DNA from: Callorhinchus milii
Lineage: Eukaryota
DNA: 64,000 nt
Direction of reading: 5' to 3'
NCBI RefSeq assembly: GCF_018977255.1
Contig: NW_024704742.1
Location: 27,344,001-27,408,000 of the forward strand
The position numbers were made by a program, and so were the translations under genes. This document shows positions 36,251 through 49,439 of this stretch, one piece after another (position 1 is the first letter of the stretch; the number at the start of each line of letters is the position of its first letter). The notes below the pieces were generated by a model. The model was not told the DNA's origin, searched no databases, and saw nothing but the letters and a program-made list of their open reading frames with translations.

Positions 36251-39200
36251 TGAGACATTCAAGAGAGAATTAGATAGCTATTAGGGGAAATGATTGATTG
36301 AAGGGTATGAGAGATAAGAGTAGTACAGTGCAAGTTTTTTTTGCTTTGATGGCAGATAGATCGAAATGGTCTTTTTCAGGCCTCTGTTTTCCTTCATAAC
36401 TTGGCGTTAAAATGTAGATGGTGAAAGACTAAGTGACAGAAAGGGTTACACCCTCCGAGGGTGGAATGGAGATTAGATTGCAAAGAGCTCACTGGGGTGC
36501 CAGTTGCTGGCAGTACTAATTTACTCAGGTGCTGTCTGCATTGTCACCAGGAGTGGGGAGACAATCATTTCTGTCTCATGTAATGTAGTACTCGAAACTG
36601 AAAAGTATTCAAATGATTAGTTTGAAAGGGAATGGGCCTTTCAACTCCACTAGAATAAGAGTATGACTTGTCACACAATGCCGCTGCGCCTGACTAAATA
36701 ATGAAAGAAGAAAGCGAATACGTTTGCCAAAAACTTTACTAAACGTGACATAAGAAAAGCCCCAAAATAGCTGTCACCTTCATCCTTGTCACTTTCTGTC
36801 TTTTCAGTAAAGAATTCCTCACATATCTTGTATCTATTTCATCCAATTCATATGACACCAAAGGCAGGAAAAGATCTTCATTATGTTAAATTTATGGACT
36901 TGGTTACATTTTTTTCAATGGAGGTTATTATTTAAATGATGCTATGATGGGAAGACTATAGGTTGGGTGTTCTGGGAGGATGAGATCAAACGAGCCTTCT
37001 TTATTCTGAACCAATCTTGTGATCCTGTGATTTGCGGTCTCTTTTGCTATGTTATAATAATGCAATAATAATCCTTGCATTTGATATAGTACCTTATCAC
37101 ACCTTCAAAACGTCTTGAATCGCTTCACAGAATATACTGTAAAGTGAATTGTATGTTGTGTAGGGTTACCCTTTCCTAGGGACGAATTAACCTCTCAATC
37201 CTCACCCAAGAGTCTGTTCTTTGTGTGTGAGCCTGGAGATGGGATATCGGGCAGGTTATTCATTTGTGAGGCTTTAACAGCCCAATACTCTGGCTAACAT
37301 TTGTTTTCTAGCTCTGGAGGAACCCTGGCTAAAAATTTTGTTCCCCCATCACTCTTCCAAGCCCAGGGTTCTAAGGCAATCTGAATGATTGAAGGCAATC
37401 TGACTCGTGCTCTGAAATGCTGTCTGGTGTGAAGCACTCTATATAAATGCAAGTTGTAGATGTTGTTGTTGATTGTTCATCATGTATCGAGCCTTTTGGG
37501 CTTGATCAGCCAAAGAGAGGGAGAAGACAACGGAGCCAAGCTGACACACATAAATAGTGCAAAAATAGAATAAATCTAGACCTGGGTGAAATTTCTACAC
37601 ATAAGAGAGCAGGGATTCCCTATAGGAAAAGGAGTAATAATAAATGACTTGTCTCAATATGCATCCTATGCTATTATGAAGCTACATTATCACTTCAAAA
37701 GAAACTTCTCTCTCAGGGTAGCTTATCCTTTGCATGTAAATCCATTCACGAGAGATGTCTATTCTTCCTGCCATTCCATGGATCTATCTGTCTGTTGGGT
37801 TACTGCAAGCTTCTCTATTTGACCATTCTGTCTTCATATTTATCCTTCAGTTTGGCTAATCCATCTATTCACATGTTCGTTCATTGCTTTGCCTGCCCTA
37901 TTTATTATACAGCATCTGACAAACCTAAGTGTCCCTAATTATTGAGAACTCAACAATGTTTAGTTGTTGACTACTTATTTATTTGGTAACCTTGCTTATC
38001 TGCCCATATTTGTATCTGTGTCGAATGTCTGTGAATCTGTCCCTGCGTGTGGCCTAACAATTAAGGACCCCTTAAAGGTCAATTATCGACACCTTAAAGG
38101 TCTCCATTATTGATGCATGAATCCTGAGACCAGTGTTGACCACTGTTAAGGTATGATTGTGATGCATATTTATACTTTTTAAAAAAAATGCATCAGAAAA
38201 CATTCATCACAAATGACTTATTTCACTGTAAAATTATTGCTGGAATAAAAAATTTAAACAGTCCCCAGGCAAAAGAGTGTATAGTGTAAGAAGTTGTTAG
38301 GATTTTAAATATTCACCCGTCTACTGGATGATTCCTTCAGGTGGTGCGACTTTGATGCTTTGTTTCAAATGTAAAATTACTCTCAGCGAAAATTGATGGT
38401 TTGGAATATCTTTAGTTAATAATTTACAAATAGTTCCAGTGTTTAGAAAGAGCTGCAAGTGATTTTCATGCAGTAATGTGCCAGAAGCCTTCAATCACTG
38501 CTATTTATTACATATGTTAATAGCATATTTGTATGCACACAAAATCTCTTAGTGACTCATTTTCTTATCAGAATTTTCTTGGGGGAAAAAGAGAAATTTT
38601 ATATTGAACTGTCATGTCTCTGTATCTCCAAAAGTAAATGTAAGGCTTAGCGGACTCTGAATTTGCATCTTCAATGTTTCTCTGTAGAGGCTGTTTTTAG
38701 TAATATATAATTAAGTGTAGAGTTCTCTATGTTCTTTACAACACAGATTTTTTGAATGAAGTGATAGCAACATTTTAACCAAGTCTTTTTGTGCCAGTTT
38801 TCCTCTGTTTGAAAAACTGACACAAGCATCCATGAAGGTTAGGACACCCAGGCAAGGGAAGACTGACAGAGATGTTCTGGGGGAGCACCTCATGTAGTTG
38901 ACTCCAGCAATTGAATGAAACAATTTAACAAGCGGTGATGTTGTTCAACAACAACTTGCATTTACATAGCACCCTTCAGACCGCACGGCATCTCGGAGCG
39001 CTGTTCCTTGTGAGCTCACAAGGTGTGCTTTTGGAATGTATTTATCTTACTGATAGTTACCGGGGAATATCTGAGGTCAATCTCATCAAGTGGTCCATTG
39101 ACTGGAAAGATGGTTCCTTTCTAATCACACAAAGCTCTGCATTATTCTTACATAATGTATTCAGCAGGGTTGCCAGGTGGGTGGGGTGGGGGGGAGGGGA

Positions 39201-41805
39201 TAGATTTGCCATGATTCTGTGACCAACGGTGGGTGTCATGATGGACACTGACAACCTGAGTGATCCGGGCAGTTAATGCAGGATGACATTCCCACTGGAG
39301 GATTAATGATTAATGAGACAGTCACGACAAGTTTCTTGAGCAGTGATCCGTGATTATTAACAGTAGGTAACCCACTCAGTATATATTGTCAAGAGAATAA
39401 TGATTTACCTGTGAGTCATTACTAGGTGGCAGACTTACTGGTGATTTCAGATGAGGTCAAAGCAGTCCATTTTGGTGGGGGGGGAGGCGTGGCTGGATTA
39501 GGATTTGAGTGTGTTTTGCACCAGGTTGGGGTTGGCTGCGGGGGGACAGGTTGGAAATGCAAAAGACAGGCTGCAGCATGGTCCAGGGTCTTAGGCTGGC
39601 TCTCGCCTCAGGGCTCATCAGTCTCTGCACCATTCAGTGGCAGTTCTTTGATAGCATAAGTTACTCTATTATTCACAAAATACATCCCAGGCATTCTTTG
39701 GTGGTGGGGGGAAGATGGAATCTATTGCTTGTGTCAAAAAATCAGAGGACAGAATTGAAGGGGACAAATATTGCCACATACCTCCCTTCCCCAGCCGCCC
39801 CCCACCTCCACACACACGCAAGTCAATTTGATGCAAATTGCTAAAAGTCGGGATATTTTTGGAACATTAAAATAAGCCCTCAAGTGTTTTCTGCTCAAAT
39901 GAATGATGATCTGAACGCACCTCGACATTGTTCACAGCACAACAAACTGTAAACAGTGAGCTATTCTGGCTCCAGGTAAGGCACTTGGCAGATGAATGAG
40001 TCCTGACGCACCTTACATCTGTACAGAGCTGCTCTAAGCTCATCTGTCCGCTGTTGTAAATTTCAGAGGTCATCTCAGAGCATGAGATCCGTGTGTCAAT
40101 CGGCAGGAATCGGCATCCAAAACCTATACCTTAGATGCTAAGAAAGTCAGGTAATTTAGGGTTTTTCTGAGAAGAAAGTTTTTTTTAATCAAAAAAAGGT
40201 ATTTTATGGTGAAAAACTATTGAACTCAAGGACATTGTTCTTGAACACAATGTTTGTGTTGACATCACAGTGTGATTCAGATTTATATTATTATTTTATT
40301 TTGTTAAAGTGCAGGAAATTTACTATTTATGTTTCAATACAAAGGCAGCCCTTTGAATTAAGATCTTCAGAGAATTAGTACCTTATTTATTTGCTTTGCG
40401 TGAATAAATTGGTTATTTGGCTCCGAGAGAATTGAAGGGAGGGAGTGGATGTATTTAGGAAGCCATAGCTGGAAGCTTATAACAGTAATAATTCTTGCAT
40501 TTGATAGAGAGCCTTAGTACATTGTTGACATCTCAAAGCACTTCACAAGATTTTATTGTGAAGTGACTGTGTATTTTGTAGGAAGCCAATTTGTACACAG
40601 AAATGTTCCACAAACAACTATGAAGTGAGTGACTGGGCGATTGTTGGCCAGGACACCGGGAGAAACTCTCATCTCTTTTTGAATAGTGCCAGGGGGTCTT
40701 TAATGTCCACCTGAATAGGCAGCACTCCCTCAACCTTCAGGTTGGTGGGTATTCAGATGGACAGTTGGGTTAAAGGGAACACATTTTTTTGGCTGGTTTG
40801 AAGACTTTAGCCTTATTTGGAGGCTTTTGTGTTTGCAGATTGAATACCAAATCTGTGGTGGTTCCCTATAACCATATCGTGTGTGTGGGATTGGTGTTAT
40901 TGTCTGTGATTTAGAGCCACAGAAATGTATGACATAGTAGGAAGCCATTCAACCCAGTTTTTGTGATTATGTTTGCTCCACCAAGAAGCCATCCATCCTA
41001 ATCCAAATTCCCCTTAACCTCTAACATTCTTCCTCTGCCTGCTCTTGTCTGATTCACTCGTACATAAATCAAGCAAAGCAGTTTTGAAACAAATCTCCAC
41101 CGATGAAATACATGAGACTTACAACATATTCACATCAGTGAATTTTCTTGTGGTCTCAAATAATCTGCTAATAGAGTAGGTACAGTCTTATAATCAAAAA
41201 CTCTGCAGGACCCATGTCAGAAAGTTGAAATGCTCTGTATCCTGTGTCATGCTCCTGTGCTTTCACTTAAAAAAAACAATTTAAAAGTAAATGAAATCAC
41301 TATTTGTATAACCATTTAGAAATGATGCGATCTTATGTTTTTATGGTGCTTTCTTACATTGAAACATCGCATAGGCAATGTCTAGTAAAGTGATTGCTTT
41401 TTGTAGACAAATGTGCAGCCATTTTGTGCACAAGGAAAGGACCCACAAACAGCTGTCAAGAGAGTGATCATTTAATCTGAAGGATTTGGCCATGACACTG
41501 GGAGAAGCTCCCTTCTCTTTTTCAATGGTGCAATGGGATCCTTAACATACATCACAACAAGCAGGTGGACTTCTTGGTTTAACGTCTAATCCAAAATGTG
41601 CTGCCGTATATTTTGCATGTATTTTGCATGTCTGCTCTCATAACAAATGGACCTAACATGGGTTTAAAGCCTTGTTGGGTATTATTTGGGTAAACTATTG
41701 TTGTGGATTTTTTTTTCTTTTGTAGTTAACATGTTTTGTTTCTCTCTCTCTTTCTTTGGTTTGATGCGGTGGATTTCCTGTTCTTTTGTCCACTTGGGAA
41801 ACAAG

Positions 41806-41811
41806 GTGCTG
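41806..41811 (+). CDS. Candidate 6-nt microexon GTGCTG (Val-Leu) of the DIAPH gene
   Basis: AAG acceptor at 41803-41805 and strong donor CTG|GTAAGT at 41812. A long AG-free pyrimidine tract runs 41726-41802, with a TTAAC branch-like motif and a TGC. Frame-preserving for a phase-0 intron. Confidence 0.5.
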
Positions 41812-42272
41812 GTAAGTGAGGATTTTCATTCTTAGCCTTCATATTACTGAGCTGAAGTAATGGTGATCCTTGTTGTTTTCTTGGTTTCCATTACGTTTCC
41901 AACCATCCATTCAGCATTTAGGCTGAGTGCAATAGAGCAGTTTGATATGGGAATCAGGAAATGTTTCAGTGATGTATTACATTACTGAATATTGCTTATT
42001 TGAAATGTTTCTACCACTTCCTTTCTGCCTGTAATTGCAGTGTATAGATTGAACGACTGGAAGATTGCATAAGTTTTCCTTGATGCATTTTGCAATGTTT
42101 GTTTTAATACTCGGCATACTTTTGCGCTGTGTGCTTCACCTCTGGCAATGAAACTTCATTTTATTATTGAACGACTGGAAGTCTACCAAAGGTGTCATGC
42201 TCCAGACTGCTGATTAATAGTGCCCCCCGATTTGTCCACCACAGCAGCTCTATTGTGAAGTACTAGCTAGAA

Positions 42273-42291
42273 TGACCACAAGAGGGCGAAG
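42273..42291 (+). promoter_or_regulatory. CTCF-like motif TGACCACAAGAGGGCGAAG
   Basis: Close match to the CTCF core CCASYAGRKGGCRS (mismatches at the Y position and the last base). Confidence 0.55.
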
Positions 42292-45200
42292 TTGGCCCCA
42301 GTAAGGATTCACTGTTGTAGTGTTTGTTTCTTCAGTGTCAGAAGATGGCAGTGCAGCCCTTTTGATTGTCCTACCTGACCACTGTATGCAAGAGGCACAT
42401 TGTGAAGCAATTACATCGAAATGCCTGGGGCTAATTTGTGTTATTTCTTAACACATGGGCAATTACTGAAATTCTAAACCATCAAATGTATTAAAGAACC
42501 ATATTTATGCTATGTTTTAGAAATTCAATAATTACACATTTCTTATAAAGAAATACATATTAGATCCTGTTGTTATCATAGTATTGCCAGGCTCTGAGAG
42601 AAACAGCTACTTTGAAATGATAGACCCTCAGGGATTTTTTTTGAGGGGTGACAATGCATGACACATAATGTGAAAGTAGCAGTGACGAGCACAGTTTGTG
42701 AGGTAAGATAGTGTACATATGAGACACTCTTCACATTGCAAATAAAATGTCTTATTGCTGCAGACGTGTTTGAAGTATTGATGACCATGGTCTGTTACTG
42801 TGCTATATTACTATGCCTCAGTCTTGGGTGGTAAATGTGATGAGCCCTTGCCCTTTTTTTGGTTGCTTTGCACAGGCGATGTCCTCAGGTAGGATGAACA
42901 GAGGTCAGCAGCATGGCAGTTTTAGTTTACAACATTGTGAATGTTTCGAGTGAATTTTTTTTGCTCATGGAAGTGTGGGATCTTTGCCCTAGAAAACACT
43001 ACCTTTCCTAAATAGACATCCAGCTAAAACTCTCATTCACATCAAACTTTTATAGCCAGCAGAGAACTGAGACTTTAATTGTATCAATCTGTGCTCAATT
43101 CAAACATGGGTTCCAGATGTAGAAGGAGAGCATGCACACTGACCAATCCACTCCAACAATACAATATACATATATAAAGCAACACTTACGTCATAAGGAT
43201 GTGCCAAAGCACTTGACCCCAGTGACAAAATAGTGCACTTCGGTAGATTGTGGAGTGAAAAAATGAAATCCATTTTCACAAGTTGTAATTTAAGATAATT
43301 TAAGATTAACATGACCATAATGTGCAATTTATGTTCTGTGCAAAACATTACGTAGTTCAAATGTGCTGTCATGTCCTGCCATAAATAATGGGTAGAACGT
43401 GGCATGCTATAACTGCCGATTTGCTTGCTTTATTCTTAGTGTTGTGATTTTTAACAGTGATGGCATCTTCTATTCCTGGCTAGCATTCATTACAGATGGC
43501 GATAAATGTGACTGCGTCATGATTATTTATGCACTTTTATTTTTTGGGGTAATTTTACTAATCTGTTAAACTTTCTCTCAGTCAGAGTACATATGATAAG
43601 TGAGAACAGCTGGCGGTAAAGAGAACAATAAACCATAATTTCCAGCCAATTACTTGGAGGCCTTGGATGCCACATTTGCAGATTATGTAATGTGGGTGTG
43701 GAATATTAGTAACACAGCTCATCATGATACAAAATAATATGAAAAATTCCAGTGAAATATTTGGAATATTTCAATCCCAGAAACGGCAGATTTTAGCAAT
43801 ATTAATTATTGAAGATAGAGGCTATATTGTTGTGAAATTGTACAATCTGTACATAGTGAAAATCAGTTATCCAATGTAAGTTTACTGACTTTGTACATTT
43901 CAATGTTGTCGGGGCCCTCCCGCCCAGTATTGTATACTTTAAAAAAAGGTGTCTTGCGAATGACAGGACAGAAGGACATAGCCTCTGATATACTGATGAG
44001 GGTTTTTTTCCAGTGTCCAACTCAACGTGTTGTGTCAAGTTGGTAAAAATTACATTCCATCAAAAAGATGATAAAGTTCATAGTTAGCTCGAACATAACG
44101 GGACCATCGTGGAACTGACAGAGCCTGTGGGGCGTTGTTCGATGTTCTGTTAAGGGAACTGTAGAATTTTTGCAGTCACTTTGCTTTCACACATTCTGTT
44201 CCCCCGCCTGTGTTCACAGCACAGTTATTGCATCTCAAGGCTTTCGGGAGACAGTCCAGACAGCGTTTGTCAAACCACGATAGGATGTGTTATTTTATGT
44301 GAAATGACTTGTAATGAACCTTGCATCCATGAGAGTTATAAGAACTAATTTAAATTCTTCTGCTGCTGGAAAGTGAGATAACAAGTACTGAGGGTGAAAA
44401 AAAAAGTCAATTCCTTTCAGAATTGTTGTAAATCAAACGTTGCAACTTCCTTTCCCAAGCAAACTGAATGTTGTTTCACTGAGGACACAATAGTAATAGC
44501 CTTGTGAGTATACTTATTCCTGTATTGTACATGTTTTGCATCTGGTGAAAACACCACAATCTAGGTAATTTACAATGACTTTACTACAATTCGGTGAAGG
44601 CCTGGAAACTTGATAATAGATCTCAATAACCCCACAGTTATTGTTACTCTGAACTTTAATCAATACTTTTCTCGCAAATCTCACACATTCTTTCTCATCC
44701 CTGCAATCCTTACAGTGTTCAAATGGAAATTCTTTACCTGCTGTATCTTATTTTTCCCCATAGACCATGGAACTCCTTACCTCCCACCAGCCTTTCCCTT
44801 CTCTTACAATCTACAGGCTTTTAAGGCTCAAGCTTGGCCTCACCTAATCACTAGTTCTTGATTTCTTTCTGCCTACACCCTACTCTTTTCAGCCTTTTTG
44901 ATATCCTGTACTATGGGCCTCAGTCCTTCACTAGGTTTTTAATATAAAAGCCCTATTACTCGCTGCTTTTCCATTTTGGCACTCAATCGGTCTGGCATCC
45001 AACGTGTTTTATAAAATAGCTCTCAGAATTCGCTTGCTGATTGGAAACATTCTAGCGTGCGAAACCCTGTCAGATTGGCAGTAATGTCCTTTTACAGCAT
45101 TGTTGTATGAATACTTGAGCATCAGATTTCACTGAGAACCTATAATATATTTCTGGAGATGGCATTCCTGAAGCACTCTCAGCACACTGCATTGTATGGA

Positions 45201-47466
45201 ACTTGGCTGAATAGTTACACCGGGAACATCCCACTGTCCACTCACATTTCATTTTATGGCAGCAATTTCAATTTATTATTGCTGAATTCCTTGCTTATAA
45301 AACATGTGCAGTCTTTCTTTTCCTGAAATCCATTTGCCTTATTTTTGGAGTCGGAAAATGTTTTGTGGTTTCTTTTCCTAGTTTTTGATGTACAAAGTTA
45401 GAAACCCTGGGAATTGGAACTTCTAACTTTGATTCAAGGAATGCTCAGCGAATGCTGGCTTGCTTCATGTCCCCCGCTTTATCCACCCCACCTTCGGCCA
45501 GTGAGCTTTCTATCATTCTGGTCCTGCTCTCTGGAACTCCATCCCAGAGTCCCTCCGACTCGCTCCCTTCCTCCCCTCATTCCAAGTACATCTCAAATTA
45601 TACCTGTATGACCGTACGTTCGGTCATTTTTCCCCTTCCCACTCCCAACAGTAACACCCCTAGTTCAGGTGCCCAGCCAGAACTGTGAAGTGGTTTGAGA
45701 TGACCTCCCGATATAATGGCTGTTTACAAGTGTGACTTGTGTGTACTGTAGTTGGGTGAGATTCTGGACTATAATCGGGCAGGTGTAGCAATGATACAAC
45801 ACCAGGACCCAAATATTATAGCAGATAATTACTTTAGAAACTAAATGACTAAAAGTAATATAATAATTAATCAAAAGGGCTTGGAGATGTCAGTCGCCTG
45901 GCTGTGGTCTGCTCATCTTCTCATCTGGCACAGATTGGCCAGTCACTGTTAGACTAATGTTGACAGCTTAATCCTGCATCAAGAGACTGTTTGCCCAGAT
46001 AATCTTCTGCAAACGGCCGGATTAGGATGTCCTGTTTGTGGCTTTGGGCCACTGAAGCAATTAGCTGAAAACTGTCTGTGTGTTTCATGATCTTCTTATA
46101 CGGTAAATCTGATTTGTTTCAACAGTTATTCAGGACCGCTGGGCAATTTGGAGACTAAGATTCATCATCGGATTCTCTTTCAAAAGTGTCATATGGTCAC
46201 GAAGAATGGCTTCAACATTTTGTTTGGGGGTAAAGGATAAGTGCCCGTGACGTTGCTGAGGGTAGTGGCTCAGAGGAGTTAGTAGGGCAGCTCAGCCAAC
46301 ACGCACATTTGAAATGTCATCATTGCTGCAGCCACGTGTGTAATTGTGCTCTTGTGTCGCTATCCTGCGTGAAGGATGCTATATAAATACAGGTTGTTGA
46401 TGTAATCGGCACTGGTGATTATTGTCAAATTGTGGGACAATCTACTCCAGGAGATATAACAGTCAGTAACTGTTGTGGGGGAACAACACTCTGCCTGCAA
46501 CCATTGAACAAACAATTTTTCACAAAAGCTGGTCGCTACGGTTATTGAGCCAACCACCAGTGCCCATGAACTTGTCTCCATGTCGATCCCAGCATTTCAG
46601 TGACGTTCTGGGGAACATTTCACTTTCAAAGAATTCCTGTCTCTTTTATTTGTGCCGTAGGACGTTTCCAGTGATGCAATGTCCCCTAATTACCTCCAGT
46701 GATAACTATTGTATCCCACAGCTCATTTTGCACCATATGATTCCTGTTAGCTTTAGATTTGAAATTAACAGGTAGAATTTAGCTCCATTTGAGTGTCTTT
46801 GTGTGTTTGCTTCAAGATTGTCAGTGAGAGTTCAGCAGAACTCAATGAAAGTATGAGGGCTGAAAATGAGCAGCTACATCATTGCTTTATGGGTTTCAGG
46901 TCACCCAACACTGTGGCCAAATTGTTGGCGATTCTTCTCTTTATAAAAGAGAGAATTTTTTCAAGAAAAAAAAATTGCCAAACTTCTTTTTGAATGGGGG
47001 AAGACTGAATCGAATTAATAAATTAACTTGGATTTTTTTTTACAGTCTTTACCATCAAAATATCTCGAAGGGCTTTGCAGTAATTACTGTGATGTGTAGT
47101 GGCTATGTATTTGAGCTAGACACTGGTGACAGCCACTTTGCACATAGCAAAAAGTCCCACAAACAGCCATAAGATAAATGACTAATTTAATTTAATTTAG
47201 ATTGTTAGCCAGGACGCTGGGAAAAATTTGCTTCTCTTTTCAAATATGTAGTGCATAGGATAACATAGGATAAGGTAACAGAGGATCATTGACATCCATC
47301 TGAAGAAGACAGGCAGAACCTCGGGTTAATGTCTCATTCGAAGGATGACATTTCCAATAATACAATGCACCCCAAACACTGGTATTGGTGTGTCTGTCTC
47401 GACTGTGAGCTCAAATCCTGACCTGGGCTGTCATGTTTGACCCTATGCAAGTGACCCCTACAATTT

Positions 47467-47633
47467 AGAAACAAAAGCAGAAGTCGCTGGGAACAATCGG
47501 CAGGTCAGGCAGCATCTATGGAGAAAGGAAAGTGAGTTAACGTTTTGGGTCCACGACCCTTCATCAGAACAACGTCCCAGCGACTTCTATTTTTTATTTT
47601 AGATTTCCAGCATCTGCAGTATTTTGTGTTTTT
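47467..47633. mobile_element. Palindromic non-autonomous element, Penelope-like terminal-repeat derivative with hammerhead-like motif
   Basis: Perfect 14-bp inverted repeat AGAAGTCGCTGGGA (47479-47492 / 47575-47588). The right arm is complementary to the left arm of the sister copy at 62155-62310. The minus strand carries CTGATGA-hairpin-(A)AAACGTT. Confidence 0.7.
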
Positions 47634-48459
47634 TGGAACTTGATAATAATTGTTTGATAAACAATTTCCAAGGCTGTATCCTTCCAAGCACACTTTTCCG
47701 CGGATGTGCTGCCTTCAGTTTGTTTTGATGTAGAATAGTTGAACCAGAAACATTTCTGGTATATCCAAGAGATAATCACACTCAATTAGGTTGAGATATT
47801 ATTTTCTTTCAAGCTAAATTTAGCCCAGTGGAATAGTGTGTATTTTAAGAATTTATTTCAGTAAAGCAGACCTCTTTATTGGAGAATTTTCCTCAACTCA
47901 ACAGTGCTGATCTGTTTACTGCAGGATTTTTCGATTTCAAATGTATTTCAGAAAATGGATTGTGCAGGAAATGACTTTGTGGTTCTATTTCAGTTACCTT
48001 GGTGCTTTCTGAATGTATTCCCACGTATCATGATATTCCTTAGCACACAGTATCAAGTAAAGTGAACATATTCATCTTATTTTTCAATGTTCCAAACCTA
48101 AGAACTAGCACTGACTTCATTGCGTAGTCGTATCAAAATTATGCTAACAGGAGGGAAGTTGAATACTCACTCTTAAAGGACCAATATACCTGAAGGTGTT
48201 TATCTATGAAACATAAAGTCAACAGGATCGATGCTCTGTGGAATTTTGAAAACTTGATGGATTGAGGAACTGAGGAATATAAAGCTTGCTATTTCACCAA
48301 ACACACAATACCTTTGGATATTTTCTTCAACCGATCAATACAATTAACTGCAACAAAACTGGGTGACTCCTTTTCTTATTTTGTGTCATGCTCTTGTTTC
48401 CAATTTTCCTATCATGTTTTGTTCAATCGATGATACCCGTCCTTCTTGTCCAATATCTT

Positions 48460-48995
48460 TAGAATACATTAGAATATACAGCACAGAAACAGGCCATTTG
48501 GCCCAACTGGTCTATGTCGGTGTTTATGCTCCACATGAGCCTCCTCCTGCCCTTCCTCAACTAAGCCTTCAAGCATAACCTTGTATTCTTTTCTCCCTCA
48601 TGTACCTATCTAGCTTCCCCTAAAATACATCTATGCTATTTGCCTCAACAACTCCTTGTGGTAACATGTTCCACATTCCCACTACTCTCTGTGTGAAGAA
48701 ATTTCTTCTAACTTCCCTGTTTGATCTATCTGACTATTTTATATTGATGGCCCCTCGTTTTGGTCTCCCCTACAAGTGGAAACATCTTCCCTATGTCTAC
48801 CCTATCAAAGCCTTTCATAATTTTAAAGACCTCTATCAGGTCACCCCTTACCCTCCTCTTTTCAAGAGGAAAGAGTCCAAGCATGTTTAGCCTTTCCTGA
48901 TAGGTATAACCTCTCAGTTCTGGGATCATTCTTGTGAATCTCCTTTGCACCTCTCCAGTGCCTCTACATCCCTTCTATAATGTGGGAACCAGAAC
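48460..48995 (-). mobile_element. CR1 LINE 3' fragment
   Basis: ORF 48726-48950 (-) reads QRRFTRMIPELRG..YQERL..LGLFPLEKRRVRGDLIEVFKIMKGFDRVD; 3' UTR shared with 11825. Confidence 0.95.
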
Positions 48996-49439
48996 TTTGT
49001 GACATGTGGCACCCATAAAAATGGGTCAAATGTGTGTTGTGATTTTTCTCTCTAGCTCGGAGTCCCTAAGACCCAAATGTTACTTTCCCAGATTGAGTAG
49101 TGTTTGTGCATGCAGCTGGGTGTATAGGAAATTGTTCCAACGTCTAGGGATAAAGGATGGGGTTACTCTGCTTAATACTTCTGTGGTGGTATGGTGGTTC
49201 CAGTTGCATCTGGATCGAATTAGCAGTTTCAGTGAGATTTCCTCTCTAACTCCTCCTCCACCGCCGCCCCCCCCCCCCCCCCACACCCAGCACTCCCACC
49301 CCCACTTTCCCTGTTTGTGGTTCTTTGATTTTCTTCTTTTGACCTCTGATTTTAGTTATGTCTCTAATTCTCCTCACTCTGATTTTCCTCTCTACCACAT
49401 TAAGTTAGCTTTAGAAGAATTGAGCAATGGTCAGACAAG

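Noticed and set aside
41726..41811. 86-nt exon using the upstream TAG acceptor at 41723-41725
   Set aside because: It would be frameshifting, contains an in-frame TGA, and is mostly pyrimidine tract. The 6-nt model fits better, though minor use cannot be excluded.
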